A DNA stretch of 32,000 nt, taken from contig CP064993.1 of assembly GCA_016699955.1 (NCBI GenBank), positions 1,080,001 to 1,112,000 on the forward strand. Reading direction: 5' to 3'. How positions within the stretch are numbered: the stretch's first letter is position 1; the number at the start of each line of letters is the position of its first letter. The notes beneath the pieces were generated by a model that was not told the origin of the DNA, made no database searches, and saw nothing but the letters and a program-made list of their open reading frames with translations. The DNA is from Candidatus Saccharimonadota bacterium (lineage in GTDB: Bacteria > Patescibacteriota > Saccharimonadia > Saccharimonadales > UBA4665). The translations under genes were made by a program, and so were the position numbers. Shown one piece after another: positions 1 to 7,936 of this stretch.

Positions 1-2307
1 ATATGCAACATCGTCGGAAACCTTCAAAGAAACGTCTTGTGTTACATAGGGGAAGCGACTGAGTGGCACGTAAGGGCTTGGGGTCAGTTTGCGGAGGAAC
101 GATTGGAACAGCTCGAAACCAGCTGCGCCCTCCGGAAGCTTGAATGCACAACGAGTAGCGGTAGCATACTCACCCACGACACCGACGAATTGGTCGCCAG
201 ACATAATCACCGCCGCACGCTTGGGGTCAAATGACTTCGCAAGTTGCTCAAAAATAGGGTACGAAGACGCATCAAAATCTGCCAGCGTGACATAGCGAAG
301 ATCTCCTGATAGCGCTTCGACGTAGCGCCGCGCAGTGTAGTAAGCGGCGTGAGGTGATTTCTTGGCGGCGTAGACGAGCGCCAGCCGTTCATATTCCCGC
401 GGGAGCTGTTCGTCATCCAAGTCGCCCTTACGGTGCGCCTTACCAAACTCAAACAGTGCAAACTCATTGTGGCCAGCTTTAATATTGCTATGAACTTTGT
501 CGAGTATACTTGGCGTCAAGCTCAGACGGTAGTACTGGAGATCGGGGCTGAGTGCATTGCTCAACTTAAATGCTTGGGTAACGTCCTGACCTGCACCCTT
601 CAAGACTCGCTCATGAACAAAACTGTAGGTTTTAACCTCATTTGCACCGGCGCTAGAGAGGATTTGCGTGATTTTTCGCTTCATTTCTATTTTTGCGTTT
701 TGCGGCGCGGGTTTCATGGGACGCTCGGGCAACTCGCGAGGAAGCTTATCAAACCCGTAGAGCCGACCGACTTCCTCGACGATGTCCTCGGGTTGCTCTA
801 TGTCGGTGCGCCAGAATGGAGCCGTTATGATTAACGTATTCTCGTCCTTTTCTGAGGGGTATGATGCAAAGTTGGCTCTGCGTAACAGCCCGCCAATTTG
901 CCAGGCTTCGAGCGAAAGCCCCAGACGAGCGTTTATAAAGCTACTACTTACGACAATTTCACCGCTTAGCGAAACTTCTGCAGCCTGGTCTGAATGACTA
1001 GGCATATCAAAAACATCACTAGCCTGTTTGCCGTTCGTCTGAACGACCATAAGCTCCATGAGCCGGGCAATCACTCGGTCGTTCTGCAACGGTGACTGGC
1101 CTTTGCTAAAACGCGTTAGGGCATCTGTAAACAAGCCATGGCGCATACTGCTGCGACGCAAGGTATACATATCGAAGTTTGCTACTTCAAGAACAATGTT
1201 CTTTGTTCCGGCAAATACCTCACTGTTACCACCACCCATAATCCCGCCGAGCCCAATAGCACCCTCACCATCGGTCATAACAATATCTTCCTCCGACAAT
1301 GAGTATTGCTTGCCGTTAAGCAGAGTAATTGTCTCACCCGCTTTTGCCATACGCGCGCCCAACACACCGCCGCGCAATTTGTCATAGTCGTAAGCATGAG
1401 TCGGCTGAGCTGTCAGGAGCATGATGTAGTTTGTTAGGTCGACGATGTTATTGATGGGCTTGCTTCCCAATGCGACGAGAGCGCACTGGAGCCACAACGG
1501 GCTTGGCTCGACACTGACATCCTTCATCGCCACCGCCATCAGGCGTGGAACTTTTTGGGGCACGTCATTATGAACACTAAGCGTCAACCCCTCAGCAGAT
1601 TCGAAGGCCGGTTTGAGCCAGTACCAGTCAGGATTTACGAAGCGCGTATCTGCATCATTGTCGTCTTCTGCTGGCACTCCTTTTAGGATGGCGGAGATTT
1701 CGCGGGCAACGCCAAGCTGGCCGAAGCAATCGGGGCGATGTGTAAACATTTTGTTTTCGATGTCTATGATAACGTCACTCAGGCCAAACGCCTGAGCAAA
1801 ATCCACCCCGGGTGCGATTTCCACCCCTGACGGCTTCCACTCCGATGGATTAATCTCGAGTATGCCATCGTGATTATCGCCGATAGCAAGTTCAGCTGGG
1901 CTGGCGAGCATGCCATTACTCATCACGCCACGTATTTCTCGACTACTTAAAACAAATGGATCACCTGTGCCAATACTAGACGGAACCGTTGCACGGGGTG
2001 GCAGCCAGGCAACCGTGAGACCCTCGCGGACATTTGCGGCACCACAGACGACCCGAACCAGGCCAGCGTTGTCACGTTCGACATCCATCACTATTCCACC
2101 ATCATCGATCATACAAACATGCAAATGATCACTGTCAGGATGATCGACGCACGACACAACTCTGGCAATGACAATTCCCTTGTACTTTGCGCCCAGGTCT
2201 ATAACTTCCTCAACGCCGCCAAGCTGCTGATTGATCTTCTCGACCAATTCTTCAACCGGCAAATCGACCGATGTATACTGTTTGACTATATTTAAGCTAA
2301 CCTTCAT
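1..2307 (-). CDS. pheT: Phenylalanine--tRNA ligase beta subunit, 3' end beyond window edge (first 769 codons present)
   Basis: Minus-strand frame is open from ATG at 2307-2305 to position 1 with no stop, which is why the ORF track omits it. The N-terminus reads MKVSLNIVKQYTSVDLPVEELVEKINQQLGG...VVSCVDHPDSDHLHVCMIDDGG (tRNA-binding domain). There is an internal GAIGLGGIMGGGNSEV motif near 1200-1270. The last residues, RFPYVTQDVSLKVSDDVAY, match the start of the FDX-ACB domain. The start forms an ATGA overlap with the upstream ORF stop. The plus-strand ORFs at 37-2128 are shadow frames. Confidence 0.9.
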   Translation of the reverse strand, partial: MKVSLNIVKQYTSVDLPVEELVEKINQQLGGVEEVIDLGAKYKGIVIARVVSCVDHPDSDHLHVCMIDDGGIVMDVERDNAGLVRVVCGAANVREGLTVAWLPPRATVPSSIGTGDPFVLSSREIRGVMSNGMLASPAELAIGDNHDGILEINPSEWKPSGVEIAPGVDFAQAFGLSDVIIDIENKMFTHRPDCFGQLGVAREISAILKGVPAEDDNDADTRFVNPDWYWLKPAFESAEGLTLSVHNDVPQKVPRLMAVAMKDVSVEPSPLWLQCALVALGSKPINNIVDLTNYIMLLTAQPTHAYDYDKLRGGVLGARMAKAGETITLLNGKQYSLSEEDIVMTDGEGAIGLGGIMGGGNSEVFAGTKNIVLEVANFDMYTLRRSSMRHGLFTDALTRFSKGQSPLQNDRVIARLMELMVVQTNGKQASDVFDMPSHSDQAAEVSLSGEIVVSSSFINARLGLSLEAWQIGGLLRRANFASYPSEKDENTLIITAPFWRTDIEQPEDIVEEVGRLYGFDKLPRELPERPMKPAPQNAKIEMKRKITQILSSAGANEVKTYSFVHERVLKGAGQDVTQAFKLSNALSPDLQYYRLSLTPSILDKVHSNIKAGHNEFALFEFGKAHRKGDLDDEQLPREYERLALVYAAKKSPHAAYYTARRYVEALSGDLRYVTLADFDASSYPIFEQLAKSFDPKRAAVIMSGDQFVGVVGEYATATRCAFKLPEGAAGFELFQSFLRKLTPSPYVPLSRFPYVTQDVSLKVSDDVAY

Positions 2308-2654
2308 GTCAGTGGTACCTCTTCTCTCCAATCCATAAAACCGGCGTCCGTCATCCGCGCACGGTTAACCCACGCTGCGCCCGGACGCAAGCAAAACACA
2401 CGCCTTGGGCCATCATCAATAAACTTGGAAACATCAGGAGCTGGCAGATCGATCCGCGTGTTTTTCATGTACTGGGCATCTTTGGCAAAACGAACAAACA
2501 AGTAATGTTTGTTATCAAAGCCGAAGTACAGTGGTGACGCCCATGGCTGTCCATCTTCGCCGACTGTCGATAATGTGCAGTACATGTTGGCTTCAAAGAA
2601 TTCCTTAAGACTTTTCTTATTGCTACGGGGCAAATTGTCTTTTTTAGCGCTCAC
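2304..2654 (-). CDS. Small pyridoxamine 5'-phosphate oxidase-like (FMN-binding split-barrel, general stress protein 26-like) protein
   Basis: 116 aa ORF with a GTG start. The segment LKEFFEANMYCTLSTVGEDGQPWASPLYFGFD...HYLFVRFAKDAQYMKN matches the usual N-terminal pattern of PNPOx-family proteins (L..f....y..LaTv.edG.Pw.sPv.F). It is start/stop coupled to both neighbours (GTGA at 2651-2654, ATGA at 2304-2307). Confidence 0.55.
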   Translation of the reverse strand: MSAKKDNLPRSNKKSLKEFFEANMYCTLSTVGEDGQPWASPLYFGFDNKHYLFVRFAKDAQYMKNTRIDLPAPDVSKFIDDGPRRVFCLRPGAAWVNRARMTDAGFMDWREEVPLT

Positions 2655-2914
2655 GTATGTTTCCTATCATTGACTTTTTGGGGCTTTTTTGCTACATTGT
2701 TGGTATCACCATGACCAGATAAGCCTAAGGTTTCGACCGACCGCCGATGTTGGTCATTTTTATACTCCAATGAGTGCCGCAAGGCATCGACACCAAATTT
2801 GTTTGTCAGATACGGTTTAAATTTACGAAAATCCAATTTCCAGCCAGCAGTTTGAATCCCAAGATTCAGGTTTTGGCTGTCGATGAATGCGTAGACTATT
2901 GGCTTTTTGTTCAT
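2651..2914 (-). CDS. NYN (LabA-like) domain N-terminal fragment, probably a truncated or degenerate gene
   Basis: 87 aa ORF. The first ~45 aa, MNKKPIVYAFIDSQNLNLGIQTAGWKLDFRKFKPYLTNKFGVD, look like the N-terminal strand and Asp motif of NYN/LabA nucleases. The remainder (ALRHSLEYKNDQHRRSVETLGLSGHGDTNN...) has no NYN character, and the protein is less than half normal NYN length. ATG at 2914 lies 1 nt after the pheS stop. Confidence 0.45.
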   Translation of the reverse strand: MNKKPIVYAFIDSQNLNLGIQTAGWKLDFRKFKPYLTNKFGVDALRHSLEYKNDQHRRSVETLGLSGHGDTNNVAKKPQKVNDRKHT

Positions 2915-2915
2915 G

Positions 2916-3965
2916 TCAAAACTGTCCTAAAAAGTCTAGCTTGGCGGATTCAAAGTGGCGAATGTCCTCGATGGCGTATTTCATCATGACGAGGCGGTCT
3001 ATACCGCAGCCAAAGGCGAATCCAGTGTACTCGGTGGGGTCGATATCAGCCGCTTTTAGTACATTTGGGTGAATCATACCGCAGCCCAGTAGCTCTATCC
3101 AGCCTTCGCCAGAACACACTTTGCAGTTCTCATCTTCGCCCTTACAGAATGGGCAGCTCAGGGCAAATTCGAAACTTGGTTCGGTAAATGGGAAATAGAA
3201 CGGGTTGACTCGCACGTCAAGCTGTTGGCCATAATATTCCTGTAAGAACTGTTGCAACGAGGCGATAAGCATACCTGCGTGTACACCCCTTGCAACGTAA
3301 ACACCCTCTACTTGGTAGAACGTATGCTCATGGCGGGCATCGAGGTCTTCATTGCGGAAGCAGCGGTCTGGTACGACAACAGCAATTGACTCACCTTTCG
3401 CAAGGTTTTCACGATATTTGCGCAATGTGCGATTTTGCATGGTACTAGTGTGGGCAGGGGCAATAAATGGATCACCGTCTTTATCGGTCTCGACTGTCAT
3501 GAAGGTATCGTAGTCGTCACGTGCCGGGTGACCTTTGGGGAAATTGAGGGTTTCGAACATGTGGTACTGGTCATCGATCTCGCGCGACTCCTCCGTCACG
3601 AACCCCATGCGACCAAAGATGTCGATAATGCGGTTAACTTCCTGGGTAATGGGATGCGTGCTACCTTGCGCAGCCGAAAGTAGGCTCGGCTGTGGTGCGT
3701 TTACGTCCATCGGTGCTGTTACGTCTATGGGCGCTCGTTCGCTGGTTTCGTCTTGGGCAGCGTCCACTCTTGCCTGAAGCTCACTTTTCAGCTCATTTAG
3801 CTCCCGACCGAAGGATGCTTTTACTTCATTTGGTATTGTGCGAATCTGAATATATAAAGCACTGAGCTCTGGCGCGCGAAGAATTGTGGCTTTGTCTGGC
3901 AGCGAATCGACTCGTGCCAGCAGTACCTCAGCTGCCTTGGCAATATCGGGATTTTGGTAACTCAT
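2916..3965 (-). CDS. pheS: Phenylalanine--tRNA ligase alpha subunit
   Basis: 349 aa with class II aaRS motifs: HPITQEVNRIIDIFGRMGF, FPKGHPARDDYDTF, LRKYREN, RCFRNEDLDARHEHTFYQVEG, GCGMIHPNVL, FAFGCGIDRLVMMKYAIEDIR. Confidence 0.95.
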   Translation of the reverse strand: MSYQNPDIAKAAEVLLARVDSLPDKATILRAPELSALYIQIRTIPNEVKASFGRELNELKSELQARVDAAQDETSERAPIDVTAPMDVNAPQPSLLSAAQGSTHPITQEVNRIIDIFGRMGFVTEESREIDDQYHMFETLNFPKGHPARDDYDTFMTVETDKDGDPFIAPAHTSTMQNRTLRKYRENLAKGESIAVVVPDRCFRNEDLDARHEHTFYQVEGVYVARGVHAGMLIASLQQFLQEYYGQQLDVRVNPFYFPFTEPSFEFALSCPFCKGEDENCKVCSGEGWIELLGCGMIHPNVLKAADIDPTEYTGFAFGCGIDRLVMMKYAIEDIRHFESAKLDFLGQF

Positions 3966-4057
3966 TGATTATTAGTATACCCGACTTACGCAGAATCGCG
4001 CCAGCACCAGAGTCATCTATCGGTATGCCGGAAGACAAGGCAACTTGAAGAATACCT

Positions 4058-4093
4058 AGCTTAAGCGACCCTCCCTAGAGAGCCGCTTAAGCT
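4058..4093 (-). terminator. Hairpin downstream of the small membrane-protein gene (10-bp perfect stem AGCTTAAGCG/CGCTTAAGCT, 16-nt loop)
   Basis: Perfect inverted repeat 4058-4067 / 4084-4093, lying 18 nt past the stop at 4112. The downstream tail is only moderately U-rich, so it is not a textbook intrinsic terminator. Confidence 0.4.
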
Positions 4094-4111
4094 TTGCTTG
4101 TCGATTAGCCG

Positions 4112-4372
4112 CTACAGCATCGCGTCAATATCTTCATCGAGTGCGGAAGTATCGAGGTTTGTCTGTAGTTCCTTGTCTGTGTCGTTCAGCGTCGTGTCTG
4201 CCTGCTGGAGATCCGGCACAGCGTCGACTTTTTGCTGGGAAGTGGTAACCGTTTGCTTTTTGTCCTGTGATTTCATGACCGTGTAGCCGGCAAAGCCAAC
4301 CACTGCGATAACAACTATGAGGAGTACGGCAACGAGATGGCCGGCACCACTCTGTGATCGAAAATAATTCAT
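4112..4372 (-). CDS. Small N-terminally anchored membrane protein with acidic C-terminal tail
   Basis: I used the internal ATG at 4372, 1 nt after the stop of the upstream gene. The sequence is MNYFRSQSGAGHLVAVLLIVVIAVVGFAGYTVMKS (one TM helix) followed by a polar/acidic tail. The 5' extension of the track ORF to 4483 overlaps the upstream CDS in another frame and was trimmed. Confidence 0.6.
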   Translation of the reverse strand: MNYFRSQSGAGHLVAVLLIVVIAVVGFAGYTVMKSQDKKQTVTTSQQKVDAVPDLQQADTTLNDTDKELQTNLDTSALDEDIDAML

Positions 4373-4373
4373 G

Positions 4374-5129
4374 CTAGTTAGTCCCCTCCGTATTTGTTTC
4401 GGCTGCTGTGTTTTCACCAGCAGTAGGATTAGCCGCTGTGTCATCGCCTGTACCGGCATTATCATCGTTGCCACTAACATCATCTTTTGCCTGGGCGAGT
4501 GCTACAACCATGTCTTTGAGCGCTTTGCGGTAGTCGTGTAATTCGGTTCTGGTTGACTTGGCTGCTTCACGTACTTCACTCAGTTTGACCACAGTATCCG
4601 GGTCAGTACAGTCGACAGCGACGGCCACCAGCTTAAGTGCAGCGACTGCATCAGTTGCAGCAGTTTTTTTTGCTTCTGCAGCAGATACCAATTCAGCCCA
4701 TCCGTCAGGATTGATGTTTTCTGCACCCTTATAGGCTTGAACTTTGTCAAACACGCCGTTCAACCTGACCAGGTGTTTATCGGCCGCTTGGTTGAAAGCG
4801 ACGAGTTTGTTTTCGATGGCTTTTTGACGATTTTCGCACACGAGCTTACGTTTGTCTTCAGCCAGTGTTTTGCGACCTTCGCGCTCCTTTTCAATTTCTT
4901 GTTTTGCCTTATTTTTTAATTCTGCGACGCGAGTTTTGGCTGGGGTAGTCGTTTCGTCTTCCGCTTCGTCATTGAGCTCAGTATTGGACTGCTGGGTAGC
5001 CTGTCTAGAAACATCATCGCTTCCTTGACGAGCACTTGCTGATTTTACGTTCAACGCGACTACCGCTAGAAAACTGGCAGCGAATAGAGCTAGAGCAAGG
5101 TTATTTATAGCTATTGAACGTTTTATCAT
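4374..5129 (-). CDS. Secreted coiled-coil, low-complexity protein of unknown function
   Basis: 251 aa. It has a signal-peptide-like N-terminus, MIKRSIAINNLALALFAASFLAVVALNVKSASA. This is followed by a charged helical region (KNKAKQEIEKEREGRKTLAEDKRKL...) and an acidic, Thr/Ala/Gly/Asn-rich tail. Confidence 0.65.
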   Translation of the reverse strand: MIKRSIAINNLALALFAASFLAVVALNVKSASARQGSDDVSRQATQQSNTELNDEAEDETTTPAKTRVAELKNKAKQEIEKEREGRKTLAEDKRKLVCENRQKAIENKLVAFNQAADKHLVRLNGVFDKVQAYKGAENINPDGWAELVSAAEAKKTAATDAVAALKLVAVAVDCTDPDTVVKLSEVREAAKSTRTELHDYRKALKDMVVALAQAKDDVSGNDDNAGTGDDTAANPTAGENTAAETNTEGTN

Positions 5130-5169
5130 GTGCGAGATTTCCTTGATTACATTTAGTACGGTACGTAAC

Positions 5170-5196
5170 AGTATAGCAAAATACTTATACTTGCAA
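5170..5196 (-). promoter_or_regulatory. Candidate sigma-70-type promoter for the 4374-5129 operon (TTGCAA-N15-TATACT with TG extension)
   Basis: The minus strand reads TTGCAAgtataagtattttgcTATACT: -35 at 5196-5191 and -10 at 5175-5170. A ~40-nt leader carrying AAGGAAA follows before the ATG at 5129. Confidence 0.4.
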
Positions 5197-5270
5197 TATC
5201 GCTACTGACACATCGCCTAAGAGTCAGAGATGATGTTTCGCTGTGTTTATTGCTAAACAAACTTTTGGCA

Positions 5271-5879
5271 TTAGCCGCGCTGTGCCGCAGGCGAAAGAGC
5301 ATATATTGCTGAGAGGTCGCGGTACAAATCATCGTAGTCCAACCCATAACCAATCACAAACTCAGGGCCAATGTCAAAACCAACATATAGTTCACTGCCA
5401 AGATCATCTTTGGGTACAAGTAGCTTTTCAGGCTTACGTAACAGCGCTGCAACGGCGAGCGATGCCGGCTTTTGCGCCCGAAGCTCGCTCAGCAGAACAC
5501 TTAGTGTTTTACCCGTATCGATTATGTCTTCTACTACCAGCACGTGCTTATCTGCAACAGAATGTGTCAGGTCGCTAATCTTCCTGACCTCGCCCGTACT
5601 ACCAGTACCGTGGTAGCTCGCAAGGTGAATCGTGTCTGAAGTCATAGTCGTGCCTAATCTAGGGTTTACCTCTGCCACGGCCAGTCGGAGCTCTGAGGAA
5701 AAGTGAAGTGAACCGTTTAAGACTGTCACTGTGTGCAAACTATCTTTCGGAGCATAAGCTGCGGCAATCTCCTGCGCAAGAGAACGAATCCGAACCTTAA
5801 TCTGCTGGGCAGAAAACAGCTCCTTCGCCGTCATCTTCGTATCACCCACCATAACTCCATTCGCTAATGCATCTAACAT
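5271..5879 (-). CDS. hpt: Hypoxanthine(-guanine) phosphoribosyltransferase
   Basis: 202 aa with the PRPP-binding loop HVLVVEDIIDTGKTLSVL and the C-terminal VIGYGLDYDDLYRDL motif. A strong SD, AGGAGG (5890-5885), lies 5 nt before the ATG at 5879. Confidence 0.9.
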   Translation of the reverse strand: MLDALANGVMVGDTKMTAKELFSAQQIKVRIRSLAQEIAAAYAPKDSLHTVTVLNGSLHFSSELRLAVAEVNPRLGTTMTSDTIHLASYHGTGSTGEVRKISDLTHSVADKHVLVVEDIIDTGKTLSVLLSELRAQKPASLAVAALLRKPEKLLVPKDDLGSELYVGFDIGPEFVIGYGLDYDDLYRDLSAIYALSPAAQRG

Positions 5880-5888
5880 ACCAACCTC

Positions 5889-5937
5889 CTCTTAACTCTT
5901 AACTCTTAACTCTTAACTCTTAACTCTTAACTCTTAA
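5889..5937. repeat. Perfect heptanucleotide tandem repeat (CTCTTAA)x7
   Basis: Counted directly: seven identical 7-bp units from 5889 to 5937 in the 75-bp spacer between hpt (minus) and yajQ (plus). Confidence 0.97.
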
Positions 5938-5954
5938 AGCAGTATACTACCCAT

Positions 5955-6464
5955 ATGGGAAATTTTAGTTTCGACATAGTTAGCGAATATGATAAGGCAG
6001 AAATGAATAACGTTTTCGACCAGGCGCTGCGCGAAATTGCCAGCCGCTACGACTTCAAGGGTACGCCCGCCGAGCTTGCTTGGCTCGATGACAAAAAAGG
6101 CTTCAAGGTTACTGGGAGCGGTGAGTGGCAGCTAGACGCCATACTTGACATTGTGCGCAAAAAACTGAGCGCCCGCAGCGTGAGCCAAAAAGTGCTCGAC
6201 ACCAGCCACGAAATAGTCGAATCAAATCTGAAAGCCAGCAAAGAAGTGCCTTTTAAAGCCGGGCTCGACCAGGACAAAGCCAAAACCCTTACCAAACTCA
6301 TCCGAGAAACCTACCCCAAAGTAAATACCCAGATTCAAGGTGAAGCCGTGCGGGTCATGAGCAACAGCAAAGACGATCTGCAGGCAGTTATGCAACTACT
6401 AAAAGCCAAAGACGACCTCGACTTCCCCCCTCAGCTTCACGAATTTCCGATAAACATCGAGTGA
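5955..6464 (+). CDS. yajQ: YajQ-family nucleotide-binding protein (UPF0234)
   Basis: 169 aa. MGNFSFDIVSEYDKAEMNNVFDQALREIASRYDFKGT... is the characteristic YajQ N-terminus, and the length is typical. Confidence 0.9.
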   Translation: MGNFSFDIVSEYDKAEMNNVFDQALREIASRYDFKGTPAELAWLDDKKGFKVTGSGEWQLDAILDIVRKKLSARSVSQKVLDTSHEIVESNLKASKEVPFKAGLDQDKAKTLTKLIRETYPKVNTQIQGEAVRVMSNSKDDLQAVMQLLKAKDDLDFPPQLHEFPINIE

Positions 6465-6496
6465 CGCGTGATTTGATGCGGTATACTTTAATAAGC

Positions 6497-7891
6497 ATGA
6501 GCGAAACAGACCAAGAAGAATTACATGCAGAACAGGTTCTAACCAAACAGGAACTTGCTGACGTAGAAATACGTGCTGCGTTGCCGCTCGATGAACAAGC
6601 GAGAACAATTCTAAAAGCAAACGACAGAGGTAGTTACACCATCCCAGCCGAAGATTTGTACCCCCACCAGTGGCTGTGGGATAGCTGTTTTATTGCAATT
6701 GGCCTCAGACATATGGACGTTGACCGGGCTCAGACAGAGCTACTTAGCGTTGTAAAAGGCCAGTGGAGTAATGGCATGTTGCCAAACATGATATTTAGCA
6801 ATGAGCCACAATACCGACGAGATCGAGATTTTTGGCGCAGTTGGGTGAGCCCTCATTCGCCTGATGGCGTGACCACTAGCGGTATTACCCAACCTCCCAT
6901 GCTCGCTGAGGCAGTTTGGCAAGTCGGGCAAAAACTTAGCCTTGCCGAACGACGTGGCTGGTACCGCCTTATGCTTCCGCACATTGTGTCGTTTCATGAG
7001 TGGCTATACCGAGAACGTGACCCGCACGGTGAAGGGCTTGTACTGCTTTTTCATCCCTGGGAAACGGGGCTAGACAACACACCCCCCTGGACAACCGAAC
7101 TCCATGATCACCTGCTCCCTGCCTGGATTCGTTTTATACGTTGGGCTCGACTAGACGGTATTATTGGCTTTTTTAGGCGAGACCGCCACTACATACCACC
7201 TGGGCAACGGCTTTCGACTATTGAAACGCTCGCTTTTTTTGATGCCCAGCGCCGGCTGCGACGTAAAGCGTATGATACGCTCAAAATCTTAAACCACAGT
7301 CTTTTCAGCATAGAAGACCTCACGTACAACTGTATCTTCATAAGAGCAAACGAGCGGCTCCGAGATATGGCAAAAACCCTTCACCAGCCGCTTCCCGACG
7401 AACTTCTTAAACGCATGGAAAAAAGTGAAAGCGCTCTCGATCAGCTCTACGACCCATATAGCAAAACCTACTGGTCGCGCGATTTTATCACGCATCGTCT
7501 CTTGAAGCAGCCTTCCATTGCTACCCTCATGCCGCTGTACGCTGGGACGCTCAGTAAAGAACACACTGAACATCTAGTGCGCCTACTCGAAAACGAGCAC
7601 ATTTTTGGCCCAGCCTTCCCTGTACCGAGCGTTCCGCTCGATAGCCCGCAGTTTAACCCAGACCTGTACTGGCAGGGACCGACGTGGGTTAATACCAATT
7701 GGCTCATCATAGATGGCTTACGCCGCGCGGGCTACAAAGACCACGCCGACGCACTGGCTGAAACCACAATCGACATGGTACGCCGTAGCGGTTTTTCAGA
7801 GTATTTTGACCCAGTCACTGGCGAACCTCTCGGCGCCCATAACTTCTCTTGGACTGCCGCTCTCGTGCTGGATCTTCTAAAACAAAAATAA
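6497..7891 (+). CDS. GH63-like (alpha/alpha)6-barrel glycoside hydrolase (mannosyl-/glucosylglycerate hydrolase or debranching-enzyme type)
   Basis: Supporting motifs are LYPHQWLWDSCFIAIGL, GITQPPMLA, HPWETGLDNTPPW, and the C-terminal YWQGPTWVNTNWLIIDGL...EYFDPVTGEPLGAHNFSWTAAL. The maximal ORF starts at GTG 6461 (ATG also at 6476). ATG 6497 is preferred because a TATACT box (6482-6487) lies downstream of the earlier starts. Confidence 0.75.
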   Translation: MSETDQEELHAEQVLTKQELADVEIRAALPLDEQARTILKANDRGSYTIPAEDLYPHQWLWDSCFIAIGLRHMDVDRAQTELLSVVKGQWSNGMLPNMIFSNEPQYRRDRDFWRSWVSPHSPDGVTTSGITQPPMLAEAVWQVGQKLSLAERRGWYRLMLPHIVSFHEWLYRERDPHGEGLVLLFHPWETGLDNTPPWTTELHDHLLPAWIRFIRWARLDGIIGFFRRDRHYIPPGQRLSTIETLAFFDAQRRLRRKAYDTLKILNHSLFSIEDLTYNCIFIRANERLRDMAKTLHQPLPDELLKRMEKSESALDQLYDPYSKTYWSRDFITHRLLKQPSIATLMPLYAGTLSKEHTEHLVRLLENEHIFGPAFPVPSVPLDSPQFNPDLYWQGPTWVNTNWLIIDGLRRAGYKDHADALAETTIDMVRRSGFSEYFDPVTGEPLGAHNFSWTAALVLDLLKQK

Positions 7892-7936
7892 TAATGTCGG
7901 TGGCGCATACCAGGCGCATCGGCTACACTGAAACGT

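Noticed and set aside
37-2128. Several plus-strand ORFs of 60-133 aa listed in the track (37-234, 433-834, 1058-1387, 1910-2128 and others)
   Set aside because: They lie antisense to the uninterrupted minus-strand pheT frame, which has clear family motifs. Their products are low-complexity, shadow-frame-type sequences.
3966-4111. T-box leader upstream of pheS
   Set aside because: Only ~90 nt separate the upstream hairpin from the pheS ATG, and a TATACT box sits 8 nt from the ATG. There is no room for a T-box and no specifier or T-box motif is seen.
4373-4483. 5' extension of the 4112-4483 ORF (37 extra codons)
   Set aside because: It overlaps the 3' end of the 4374-5129 CDS in another frame. 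The internal ATG at 4372 sits 1 nt after that gene's stop and gives a sensible N-terminal TM anchor.
5889-5937. Possibility that the tandem repeat is a CRISPR array or minisatellite-encoded peptide
   Set aside because: The units are 7 bp with no spacers, and the whole array is only 49 bp. It lies between two start codons and is not inside any ORF.
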